Positions 23,374-34,600 of a stretch of 64,000 bases of DNA are shown one piece after another. Position 1 is the stretch's first letter. Each line of letters starts with the position of its first letter. This stretch comes from Eledone cirrhosa (Eukaryota). The stretch covers positions 15,314,001 to 15,378,000 of the forward strand of contig OZ024754.1 in the NCBI GenBank assembly GCA_964016885.1. Direction: 5' to 3'. Made by a program: the position numbers and the translations under genes. Below the pieces are notes generated by a model. That model ran no database searches. It was given only the letters and a program-made list of their open reading frames with translations, and had not been told where the DNA came from.

Positions 23374-25477
23374 ATGGCTACGAAAAAGAAATTTCATACG
23401 TCACTCCCACTCATTCCGTCTTCTTCTTCCTCAATCATCACTACAGCAGAGAGAAGATTGTCTCTCTCCCTCCCTTCTTTAAATGTGTCTCTCTCCCTCC
23501 CTTCTCTTTCGCAAGTGACGAAAGAAAAGAAAAGTCTCGTGCAAAGCGTGCAAGGTTTCTCCACGACGACGACGACAGCGACGAAACAGGTGTGCGGGAA
23601 ATACGAAAACCCAGTTCATTCGTCTGACGTCAGGAATAATAGCAGTAGCAGCCGTAATAACAACAGCAACAGTGACAATGAAAACAACAGTAGCAGCCGC
23701 AACAGCATCACCAGCAGCATAAACAACAACAGCATTAGCAGCAGCAACACCAACAACAACCACAGCAACAGCGGCGGAGGCAGTAGTCGTAGTACCTGCA
23801 GCAACAACAAAAGTACCAGCAGCTCTGACGACAACAACAACAGCAGAGAAAAACCAATCTCATCTGCAGGTATTGCGAAAAACTTGGAAACAATCCTCAT
23901 AACAAATGAGGAATTAGAGGAAGCGAAGAAGATGGTGACAAAGAACGGACACCGAGCAATCTGCAAGGCAGCGGAAAAATTTTTCGAAACCCAAGAGCAC
24001 TGTACGGTCACGTACCGTACAGTAAGTACAAAATCCCGTAGGGTGGAAAGAGCCACAGAGGCCCAAATACAAAAAGCCTTGGGGTCTGTGTGGCAGCGGA
24101 AAACGCACATCACCCGAGGGAAAAAAATATGCCACCGTAGACGTACTTTTTGCCACACCCCAGGAGGCAAAGGCCCAATCAGTAGTGACCCTAAGGAGCG
24201 AGGAAATGGTGTTGGTGCCCTCCTACTGCGGGCAAAAAATTGTGAGAGTCAAACTGACCCCCCCCCCCCCCCCCCCCGGAATGACCCCTTCTTGGCTGGC
24301 CGCGTCTGTCCTCGTCGGAATCGAGGAGAAAACAACTGTACTGCAAGTACAGAAAAAAGTAAGAGAAGATTGGGTCGGCTCCTCCATTGAGATGCTAATC
24401 CAAACCAACCAGGAGTGCATCGAAGCTATCCCGGATGTGATAGACTTCGATAACGGCACTCAACTGCCCATAAGTGTTGAGGGCAAACGCCCGAAATGCT
24501 TTCGCTGTGGATCGAAGACTCACCTCAGGGCCTTCTGCAACGAGAAGACCCTGAGAAAGGAGAAAACCCCCCTCCTTCCGAATCCGGCTCCACGGCTACC
24601 AGCAACAGGACAAGCGGCAACCAGGAACGATAGGCCCGTGGCACCCATACCCACTCCACGGAAATCAAAAACAGCAGCAGCAGTGGAAATATTAACAACA
24701 ACAACAGCAATACCAAATGCAGCTGCAACAGAGACTCCAGTGCAAACATCACCAACAACAACAAGTGAAAGAGTGGAGCTGGTACCCCTCCCCGACCTCA
24801 CAGAATCAGACATGGAGTGTGAGGTGGGAGAGGGATGGCAAAAGGTCGTAAGAAGGCACAAACGCAGAAGCAGCGCATCGTCGCCTTTGAAAAGGGAGGA
24901 AAGAAATGAGAAAAGGGTAAAGTCTACTGCAAAGAGACCCACAGCAGCAACAACACCAACACCATCACCACCCACACTAGCACCACCATCACCACCGGCG
25001 ACAACCCCACCGCCAACAACACCTTCAACACCACCACCACAAGCACCAACATCGCAAACACAACAACAAAACACACACACCCAGTAACAACGACAAGAAA
25101 ATAGCAGAACAACACCCCACCCCCAGAAAAACAAATGCACGGCAATAAATACACACAACAAGAAACTAATGACTTACATAATTGAACACACAGACATTTC
25201 ACAACAGGACTACATAATACCAGCACCAATCAAAACGCCAACTAACATAAGACTGCTAAAAATAGCACAGAAACAATACACAAACATTAAAACGAAATTC
25301 CCCAACGCAGTTGGTGAATTCAGGGACCTAGGAGGAACCATCAATCGAAGAGTATACTCAGACATTCTCTTAGAAGAGCCGACGACCAGCCGAAGGGACG
25401 ATTCAACGGTCCCTTCACCAGACGATCAAGTGAAAAGGGATGTAAAAACCATCCCTCCTCTACCAAAAGTACGGTAA
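23374..25477 (+). pseudogene. LINE ORF1 of copy B, disrupted
   Basis: Frameshift in an A-run at about 24121-24128, expanded C-run at about 24257-24277, CAA>TAA at 25085-25087. CCHC knuckle retained. Confidence 0.85.
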
Positions 25478-25512
25478 GTGGTCTTTCCCATCTTTTCCAC
25501 TCTATTTTAAAC

Positions 25513-28500
25513 ATGACCTCACTCAGAATAGGCAGCATAAATGCGCGTGGCTTGGGGTCGTCATGGAAGCAGGGTCACCTGCTCAACGACCTCAGGTCAC
25601 TAAACATAGATGTAGTGGCCATCAGCGAGACCAGAATCTCCGAAGCACAGGCCTTCGCACCGATCTTCGGCGGCTACGATGCGTACGCATCTCCCAGCCG
25701 TCCTGGATCCGGTGGAGGAGTTGCTGTGCTTTTTCGGAGAGGTTTAGATCTCGCCATACGGGCCATCTTCCTGGACCCAGAGGGTAAGCTGGTGGTGCTG
25801 GACGTGACCAGCGGAGACGGGCAAGCTTTCACGCTAGTGGCCGTCTATGCCCCGACAGGAGCAGGGCGGCCTGATTTCTTCCGGCGTCTGGAGACCTTTC
25901 TTGGAACGTCCCGCTCTTTAGTGTTAGTGGGCGACTGGAACGGGATCTTAGATGCACGCTGGGACTGTGTGGGATTAGCGGATAGGGGTGGAGGGTGCAA
26001 GAGCCTCACCAACCTGCTCAGGCGTTTTGAACTGTCTGACAGGTACCGATTGGATTTCCCGAATGTGCCAATGTGGACTTGGACAAACCGCATAGGGTCA
26101 TCCAGATCATATCTAGATAGAGTATTTTGTAGGGAAATAGATAGGTCTAGCATAGGCTGTCCACAATTCAAGATAGTCAGCTACACGGACCACAAATTCG
26201 TGATCTGTGTGCTTGACTTAGATAGGCTTCATAGACGAGGACCCGGCTACTGGAAGATAAACGCGTCCTTACCAGCGCGCAAGGCCTACAGAGACCGGAT
26301 TAGCGAACTAGTTAAGCGGGCGTTGACGGGGGCCATCGTCAACAACAAGTGGTGGTTTGCTCTGAAAAGAGCGATTAGAATAGAATCGATTAGGTTTAGT
26401 AAGGCTTTAGCAATAGAGAAAAATAGAGCAGAGGGAGAACTAGTTAGAAAATTAGACGAGGCGCTTAGCAAAGGCATTGCGACCGACGTGCTTGCGGCGA
26501 AATTGGCCCTTGACCAATTCTTCAATGCAAAGCACGAAGGCTGCGTTGTCAGAGCTAGGGTGCGTGCTCTCAGACACGAGGGGACGAAAGCCGTTCAATG
26601 GGCCCGAGTGGCGGAGGCGCGTCGTGGCAACAAAGCCACGATCCGGTCTTTGGTGGACCACGACGGGCGCATGCTACTCGATCCCGGGCAAATGTGTGAA
26701 GCTTTTCAGCGACACTTCGCTCAGCTGTTCGGGGGCAGCGGGGGGCCGGGTAGAGGGATGGACTTTAGTGTCTACCTCGACGGACTGCCACGGCTCTCGG
26801 CCACTGAGGCGAGGTGTTGCGAAAAGCCGATAACAGCCGCTGAAGTAAGGGAGGCAATGACTGGCTGCACAAGGGGTAAATCGCCTGGTTTGGATGGTCT
26901 GCCCTATGAACTTTACGTACAGATGCCAGACTTGTTCGGAGGCCTCTTGGCGGACGTCTACTGCAACTGGCAACAGAACGGGAGAATTCCCAGTTCTGTG
27001 AGCCGAGGAGCGGTGGCACTGCTGAGAAAGGATCCGAACAAGGGGGATAACATAGACAATTTCCGGCCCATAACTCTGCTAAACACAGAGTTCAAGATTT
27101 TGGCCAAGGTGCTAGCAAAGAGGTTGGCGCTTGTCGTTGGTGGTCTGGTGGGAGAGGCGCAGACATGCGCCATTCCCGACAGATCCATCCACGACAACCT
27201 CCACCTCATGCGATACATCATAGAGAGGGTAGCTAAGGAACCTGGCACGGGTGGGTCCTTGATCAATTTAGATCAGTCGAAAGCTTTCGATAGGGTCGAC
27301 CATCGTTACCTAGCGGCAGTCCTGAGGGCGGCTGGTTTTGGGCCCGTCTTCAGAGGCTGGATCGCTGCCATGCACAGCGACATCTGCTCTGTGGTGAGAG
27401 TGAACGGTCACCTGTCGGAACCGTTCAACATCATGCGCTCGGTCCGCCAAGGATGTCCCCTCTCGTCCCTCTTGTACGTATTGACTCTCGAGCCATTACT
27501 GCACAAACTGGAGACGTTGAGGGGAGTCCCGCGCGAACTAGGATGCGGAAGATCCGTGTCAGCATATGCGGACGATGTCACCGTAGTGGTGTCGAACGCC
27601 AAACACATCGAGGCGATCGGCACTACACTAAGAGAATACGAAGCGGTGACAGGAGCAATGATCAACCAGGAAAAGTCAGTGGGCCTGCAGCTCGGCACCT
27701 GGAGAGGCAGGTCCATGCCGTCCAACAGCGTCGTCGGGCGCTGGACGGACGGACCGGTTAAATTGCTAGGGGTCTGGTTCGGTCCGGACCTCCAGACGGA
27801 CAAAAACTGGGACGAGGTGACGAGCAGGGTGGCTTCTCTCACCCAGAAATGGGCGGAGAGGAAGCTATCCCTGAAAGGTCGAGCGGAGGTGGCTAACGCG
27901 TACATCGCGTCTGTCATCTGCTACCGCCTAACCGTCGTACCTTGTCCTAAGCCTCGCCTGACTGCGCTGGAGCGTTTGCTCTTTCGCTTTTTGTGGAAGG
28001 GACGTGCTCCGATGGTCAGGCGGTCCATCTGTTGTCAACACCCGCTACGTGGAGGGCTGGGCATGCCGTGGCTGATGATGCGCAGGCACGCGCTCAGGCT
28101 ACGACATCTCCACCTCTTCCTCGACGGTGATCAGGTGTGGTCGCCGTTTGCTAGACGCGTTTTTCCCCAGCTCGTTTCCTTAACGGAGCTGCAGTCCTGG
28201 GTCAAGCGAAGACCGAGAGGGAGCGCCTGGAGACTGGAATGTCTTCAGGCGCTCACAGCCCTCGACCAATCGGGCAATGTGATCGGTGGAAACTCCACCT
28301 CGGCGTTCTATAGAGGATTAGTGGAGGGGAAAAGCGACGACGTACTTGGGGAAACTCTAGGCGTCGACGAAAATCAACTAGCCAATCTCTTCGGAAGAAC
28401 TTTCGGGCCAGGGCCTATGGACAACTTCCAGAAATCTCTGGCCTGGCAGTACTACCGAGGAGCCTTGCCAGTTCGGGATAAACTCTACAGGCATGGAGGT

Positions 28501-28932
28501 GCCGTCAGCCGGGCATGTCCGAGATGCGCACAGGGCGACGAAACCGTCCTGCACGCACTCGTCCAGTGTCCGAAAATTGCTGACTTGTGGGTTTATGTCG
28601 AACACCTGCTGTCGCGTTTAGGACGGATCCAGCTATCAGCTGAGTCCATTGTGAGGATTGCCCCGCCCTCCTCCTTTAGCCGGGAAGGGCAGGCAGTTTT
28701 TATCTGTCTGGTGGCCATGGCGAAAGAGATAGTATGGTGGACACGTTTGAAAGGGCTGAAGACGAGCACTTACCTCTTCGGTGATGCTCTGATTGACTTT
28801 TTCAAATTTCATTTGAAAAGGAAAATCAGAGTAGAGGGGGAAGTGCTCTCTTTCCAGCATTTTGTTGAAAGATGGGTGAGAGAAGCAAGAATGGCCCGAG
28901 TGAATGGGCCGACTCTGAGTATATATCTGTAA
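25513..28932 (+). CDS. LINE ORF2 APE-RT (1139 aa, intact)
   Basis: Same motifs as 8848-12267 with only scattered amino-acid differences. Confidence 0.95.
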   Translation: MTSLRIGSINARGLGSSWKQGHLLNDLRSLNIDVVAISETRISEAQAFAPIFGGYDAYASPSRPGSGGGVAVLFRRGLDLAIRAIFLDPEGKLVVLDVTSGDGQAFTLVAVYAPTGAGRPDFFRRLETFLGTSRSLVLVGDWNGILDARWDCVGLADRGGGCKSLTNLLRRFELSDRYRLDFPNVPMWTWTNRIGSSRSYLDRVFCREIDRSSIGCPQFKIVSYTDHKFVICVLDLDRLHRRGPGYWKINASLPARKAYRDRISELVKRALTGAIVNNKWWFALKRAIRIESIRFSKALAIEKNRAEGELVRKLDEALSKGIATDVLAAKLALDQFFNAKHEGCVVRARVRALRHEGTKAVQWARVAEARRGNKATIRSLVDHDGRMLLDPGQMCEAFQRHFAQLFGGSGGPGRGMDFSVYLDGLPRLSATEARCCEKPITAAEVREAMTGCTRGKSPGLDGLPYELYVQMPDLFGGLLADVYCNWQQNGRIPSSVSRGAVALLRKDPNKGDNIDNFRPITLLNTEFKILAKVLAKRLALVVGGLVGEAQTCAIPDRSIHDNLHLMRYIIERVAKEPGTGGSLINLDQSKAFDRVDHRYLAAVLRAAGFGPVFRGWIAAMHSDICSVVRVNGHLSEPFNIMRSVRQGCPLSSLLYVLTLEPLLHKLETLRGVPRELGCGRSVSAYADDVTVVVSNAKHIEAIGTTLREYEAVTGAMINQEKSVGLQLGTWRGRSMPSNSVVGRWTDGPVKLLGVWFGPDLQTDKNWDEVTSRVASLTQKWAERKLSLKGRAEVANAYIASVICYRLTVVPCPKPRLTALERLLFRFLWKGRAPMVRRSICCQHPLRGGLGMPWLMMRRHALRLRHLHLFLDGDQVWSPFARRVFPQLVSLTELQSWVKRRPRGSAWRLECLQALTALDQSGNVIGGNSTSAFYRGLVEGKSDDVLGETLGVDENQLANLFGRTFGPGPMDNFQKSLAWQYYRGALPVRDKLYRHGGAVSRACPRCAQGDETVLHALVQCPKIADLWVYVEHLLSRLGRIQLSAESIVRIAPPSSFSREGQAVFICLVAMAKEIVWWTRLKGLKTSTYLFGDALIDFFKFHLKRKIRVEGEVLSFQHFVERWVREARMARVNGPTLSIYL

Positions 28933-29192
28933 ACTAAAGGTGGAAAACTGGGAGAGGGCACTTGCCTTGGTGGTCAGGGTCATTGTGGCTTTTTACTGGG
29001 CTTTCTCCACAAATGTCCCTCCGAAGTCTCCCCCCTATTGGGGAATTTTTCATTGTTATTTTCATTGTTATTTTTGTTACATCCTCTGTTTTTGTTTTTT
29101 TACACGCAGAAATGCCCATTTGTACCGTCCTGCATTGTCCTGCACTGTCCTTAATGTCTACTTTATGTAAACCCTTGTGGTTAATAAAGAAA

Positions 29193-29245
<53 letters not shown>

Positions 29246-29247
29246 AA

Positions 29248-29437
29248 GGGCGGTGGATTGGCAGTATCGGTAGAGGGTCGGACGCCATGCTTTCCAGCAT
29301 AGTTACGTCCCTTTACGATCTGAGTTCAAATCCCGCCGAGGTTGACTTTGCCTTTCATCCTTACGGGGTCGATAAAATAAAGTACCAGTAATGCACTGGG
29401 TAATTGCTGGCCTTGTGCCTAAAGTAGAAACAATTAT
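29248..29437 (+). mobile_element. full-length tRNA-derived SINE
   Basis: A-box-like TGGCAGTATCGG, B-box GAGTTCAAATCC, body GCCTTTCATCCTTACGGGGTCGATAAAATAAAGTACCAG, 3' end CCTTGTGCCTAAAGTAGAAAC(ATT)n. Confidence 0.9.
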
Positions 29438-30129
29438 TTATATTATAACCGTCCTATACAAATTAGTCAACATTTTTAAATCGCTTCAATGATTCTGGAT
29501 GTCAGAGGCAACATTACATCATTTGGCATTAATAAAAATATTCGTTCATTCTTAACACAAAGTTATGCAGGAAGCCATTATATGGTTGATCGCCCAGCCT
29601 GCTATAACATAATTAACAGACAAGTCTACATCAAATCCAACTCTATCTCCAAAATAAAACGGAAAAATAAAAGAAATATACTTTACATAATGATGTAGTA
29701 AATATTAGTGTGACAGAGAAATATGAATAAACAATAACTTTTAATTGCTTTTAAGCAAAGTTCTCCTCGATCATGAATGACCTGTGGCAAACAAAAATCA
29801 AGGACAACAACATCATTGTTCAGCTTTTTTCACACTAAACTCATTGAGTCATATTACTATGAATCCTGAAAGCTTTAGGTTCATTAACTGCCATTGTCAG
29901 AGAGACGTGTTGCAAGCCATCGAGCTCTGAAATAGCATGATGATGTTTATAAAAGGCTAATATTTAGCATCAATCATTAGAAAACTATCAATTCAACTTT
30001 AAACAAACACGCCACCGGGGGAGTGGAGTCTCTACGTGGTCGCTTGACTTAATAGCGAAAATCTTTTTCAAATCGTATCGATAACCTCTTAAACAAAGAA
30101 GCAGACATTAATGAGAGTGGTCTTACATA

Positions 30130-30300
30130 TCATTGCCACCACAGTAGAACATTCCTCACAAAGTCTCTCCATGATTCGCCATTTTCTATTGCCCCTGGCA
30201 ATTCCTCCCTACTGAAAATTGTATCGTCTGAGAGTTGATCGATAAAGGTTCGAGCAGGTCTTCCGCCACTGCGTTTCCAGTGAGTTGGTTCCCACAATAG
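30130..30300 (-). mobile_element. RTE-like LINE 3' fragment
   Basis: Minus strand LLWEPTHWKRSGGRPARTFIDQLSDD. Related to 43215-43400. Confidence 0.65.
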
Positions 30301-30328
30301 CTAGTTGCTATCTATCTATCTAGCTAGC

Positions 30329-30423
<95 letters not shown>

Positions 30424-30425
<2 letters not shown>

Positions 30426-30655
30426 TTCTTTATTTGCCACAAGGGCGCACAAGAAAAGGGGACAATACAAAGACACATGCCGGGGATTTTACATACAATC
30501 GTGTAAAAATATTATTAAAACAAATTTAACAATCGAAATCCCCAATAAGGGGGAGGCGTTACAAATGGGTTGTTTAATACAACGTCAATAGAACAACCTT
30601 CAACTCCAGGAGCATGTTATGCAAGTGCTCCTTTCTTCCTTTTGCTCTCTTCTTC
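30424..30655 (-). mobile_element. Tx1-like LINE 3' UTR only (GATA family)
   Basis: Matches 36541-36770. 3' end abuts (GATA)n at 30328-30423. Confidence 0.85.
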
Positions 30656-31602
30656 CACAAGGGCGTACAAAAATGGGTCATTACAAGACGTGAAGGCGGG
30701 GGTTTTACATAAAATCTTTAATAATAATAATGAATAACAATGAACTATATATAAAATAAAACAATCGACATCCCCAATAGGGGAGACGTTACAGCGGCGT
30801 TATTTTACACCCCGCGGATAGAACAACCCTCAACACCAGGAACACATTTTGTAGGTGTTCCCGTCTTCCCTCTGTTTGTGTTCCTCAACCAAGAGGTTTA
30901 TATACAGTGAAGGCCCATTCACTCGGGCCATTTTCGCTACATTCACCCACCTTTCAGCGAATTTACTGGGGTGTAGCACCTCTCTCTCCACTCTCACTTT
31001 CATTCTGAAGTGGTATTTAAAGGGGATGAGTTGTTGACGGGAGAGAAAGGTGTTTGCCCTCAGTCCTTTTAACATCGTCCACTATATTACCTCTTTCGCC
31101 ATAACCACCAGTCTGAGGAACACCGCATCTCCTTCATTCTTAAATGAAGGTGGCGGGGTGATCCTCACGATGTACTCGGCTGACAACTGGATGCGTCCCA
31201 CACGTGACAGTTGCTGTTCGACATAATTCCACAGGTCGGTCACTCCTGGGCACTGAACAATTACGTGCAGAATGGTTTCAATGTCCTGATCGCATCTTGG
31301 ACAGGTCCTTTTGGCAGGATCTCTGCCAGGGCGCCCGTACCTGTAGATTTTGTCTCGAACTGGCAGAGCTCTTCGGTAGCACTGCCAGGCCAGAGACCTC
31401 TGGAAGTTATCCATAGGCCCTGGACGGAAAATCCTCCCGAACAGACTGGTTAGTTCGTCCTCTTCGATGCCTAGAGTTTCCCTGAGAACGACATCGCACT
31501 TATACTCCACTAAACCCCTATAGAATGTCAAAGTGGAGTCTCCACTGATTGCCGTTTCCGCTCGACAGAGGGCTGTGGGAGCCTGAAGGCACTCGATGTA
31601 CC
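30652..31602 (-). mobile_element. 5'-truncated Tx1-like LINE (ORF2 C-terminus + 3' UTR)
   Basis: MDNFQRSLAWQCYR, CPRC..ETILHVIVQC. 5' junction lies in (GATA)n. Confidence 0.85.
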
Positions 31603-31641
<39 letters not shown>

Positions 31642-31690
31642 GACAGATAAATATATAGACAGACAGACAAATAGATAAATAAATAGATAG

Positions 31691-34600
31691 ATTTCTTTAT
31701 TAGCCACAAGGGCGCACAAGAAATGGGACAATACAAAGACATGGCGGGGGTTTTACTTACAATCGCGTAAAAAATGTTAACATAAAAATTCAACAATCGA
31801 AATCCCAATAGGGAGGAGGCGTTACAAATGGGTTGTTTTACACCCCGTTGATAGAACAACCCTCAACTCCAGGAGCATGTTTTGCAAGTGCTCCTTTCTT
31901 CTTTTCCCTATCTTCCTCAACCTACAGGTGTATATACAAAGAAGGCTCAATCACTCGGGCCATTCTCGCCACATTCACCCACCTTTCAGTAAATTTACTG
32001 GGATGTAGCACCTCTCTATCCACTCTGATTCTCCTTCTGAAGTGGTATCTAAAGAAGGGAATGAGCTGTAGTCCGAAGAGAAAGGCATGTCCTCAGTACT
32101 CTCAATCTCGTCCACCATATTACCTTTGTCACCATAGCCACCATACAGAGGAAAACCGCCTCTCATTCGTTTTTAAATGAAGGTGGCGGTTTGATCCTTA
32201 CTATGGACTCCGCAGTCAACTGGATGCGTCCCACACGTGACAGCAGTTGTTCTCCGTAGTTCCACAGGTCCGTTACGCCCGGGCAGTGTACAATTGCGTG
32301 CAGGACGGTCAAGCGGTAGTAGATGACGGACGCTATGAAAGTGTTCGTCACCTCCGCTGACCTTTCAAGGATAGTTTTCACTCTGCCCACTTCTGAGTGA
32401 GCGCAAATACCTTGGCCGTGTCCTCGTTCCAGTTTTTCTCCACCTGGAGGTCTGGACCGAACCAGACCCCGAGCAATTTCACCGGTGCTTCCATCCAGCG
32501 TCCGATGACGCTGTCGGACGGCATAGGTTTGCTTCTCCACGTTCCGAGTTGCAAACCGACAGACTTGTCCGGGTTCAGTTTTGCTCCTGTAAGCTTTTCG
32601 TATTCCTTTAGTAAGTTGCCGATCGCCCCGATTTCCGAGGTTTCCGACACCATTACTGTCACGTCATCAGCATAAGCCGGCGCCGCTTTTCACAGTCCTG
32701 GTTCCAAATGGATACCCTGCAAAAGCTCCAACTTCCGCAGTAGTGGCTCTAGAGTCAATACGTACAGAATGGAGGAGAGAGGGCATCCCTGTCGAATGGA
32801 ACGCGTGATTGCGAACGGCTCCGATAGGTAGCCGTTCACCTTGACTGTCGAACAGATGTTGGTATGTATGGCTGTGATCCAGCCTCCGAAAACGGGACCG
32901 AAACCGGCCGCCTTGAGAACCGCTTCCAAGTATCGATGGTCGACCCTATCAAAAGCCATAGACTGATCTAAATTGATCAGAGCCCCACCGAAGCCGGGTT
33001 TACACCCCACCCTCTCTAAGATGTATTGCATGAGGTGGAGGTTATCGTGTATGGACCTGGTCGGGATTGCACACGTTTGCGCTTTCCCTATCAGGTTTTC
33101 GACGACAAACGCCAGCCTTGTTGCTAGGACCTTGACCAAAATCTTTAACTCTGTGTTGAGCAGAGTTATGGGCCTGAAATTGTTTATTTCGTTCCCCTTG
33201 TTCTCGTCTTTCCTGATCAGCGTTACTACGCCCTTGCCTGCAGAACTTGGAATTGTCCCGTTCTGCTGCCGATTGCAGTAGTCGACTTTGAGGACGCCAG
33301 AGAACAAGTCCGACATGCCTATGTAAAACTCATAGGGTAGACCATCTAGACCGGGTGATTTGCGCTTCCCGCAGCGGCCCATAGCGTCCCGTATCTCAGT
33401 GGCTGTGATCGGTCTTTCGCAGATCTCGGCGTCCATGCTCGAGAGACACAACAGGCCGTCGAGGTATGAATCAAAGTCCATCGCTCCGTTCGGTGCACCA
33501 TCGTTCTGCTCAAACAGTCGCGCAAAGTGCCACTGAAAGGCCGCGCACATCTTCCTGGGTTCAAGTAGCACGCGCCCGGTTTGGTTTTTCAAAGACCGAA
33601 TCGTGAACTTGTTGCCACTTTTCGCTTCCGCCACTCGGGCCCAGCTAACAGCTTTTGCTCCCTCGTTTCCTAGAGCACGTGATTTACTTCTGACCACGCA
33701 GCCTTCGTGTTTCGCGGCAAAGGACTGGTCCAGTGCCGTTATCGATGCTAGCACTCTAGCTGCGTTGCCACTCCTAAGCGCCTCTTCTACCTTGGCTACT
33801 AGTTCTGTTTCTGATTTGTTTTTCTGTAAAGCTAATTCTCTGCTAAACCCTATCGACTCTACTCTAACTGCTCTCTTGAGAGAGTACTACCATCTATTGT
33901 TGACGATGGCTCCCGCTTAACTCTTGCTTAAGTAATCTACTTATCCGGTCACTGTAGGCTATTCGTGCCGGCAACGACACGTTCAGCTTCCAGTATCCGG
34001 GTCCTTGTCTACGTATTCTATCACGGTTGACTACGCAGACGACTAGTTTGTGATCTACGCAGACGACTAGTTTGTGATCCAGGTGCATTTGTGGACAGCT
34101 TAACTTCTTCTTGTCCTTCTCTATAATGAAAACCCTATCTAGATACGATCTAGATGTCCCGCTGCGGTTGGCCCACGTCCACGGGAAATCTAGTCGATAT
34201 CTATCGGCCAGTTGGAATTGGCCGATTAGATTTTTGAGGCTGTTGCACCCCGCTCTACTGGGACATGCTCTCACATAGTCCCATTGTGCATGTAGGATAC
34301 ATTCCAGTCCCCCACTAAAAGCAAGGAGCGAGACGTTCCCAGAAAAGACTCTAGACGTTTAAAGAAGTCTGGCCGCGATTGTGATTGCCCGGTCGGGCAT
34401 AAACGGCCATCAGTCTGAATGCTCCACCTCCAATACTGTTCACGTCTAGGACTACCAGTCTACCCTCCGGATCCAAGTGTACTTGCTGTGCTTTGAGATC
34501 CAGGTTTTCCGAAACATAACAGTCACTTCCCCTCCACCTTCCGGCTGACAGAGAGATGCGTAGATCTCAAAGTCATTGAAGATGGGGGTTAGTTACTGCC

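Larger units (their letters stand above)
23158..29194 (+). mobile_element. full-length Tx1/L1-clade LINE, copy B, inserted in (ATT)n
   Basis: Near-identical to copy A. Junctions ATTATT|GAATGCC and AAAGAAATC|ATTATT. Confidence 0.93.

Noticed and set aside
24121-24277. Programmed frameshift in ORF1 of Tx1 copy B
   Set aside because: Copy A is open here. The changes are homopolymer length differences (mutation or sequencing error).
8585-29194. 6-kb inverted repeats as the ends of one giant composite or foldback transposon
   Set aside because: Similarity stops exactly at the LINE termini and the flanks differ, so these are two independent LINE insertions.
29700-29935. Possible minus-strand host exon(s) with TTTCAG and CCACAG acceptors
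   Set aside because: No recognisable protein similarity and no matching donor. Cannot be supported from sequence alone.
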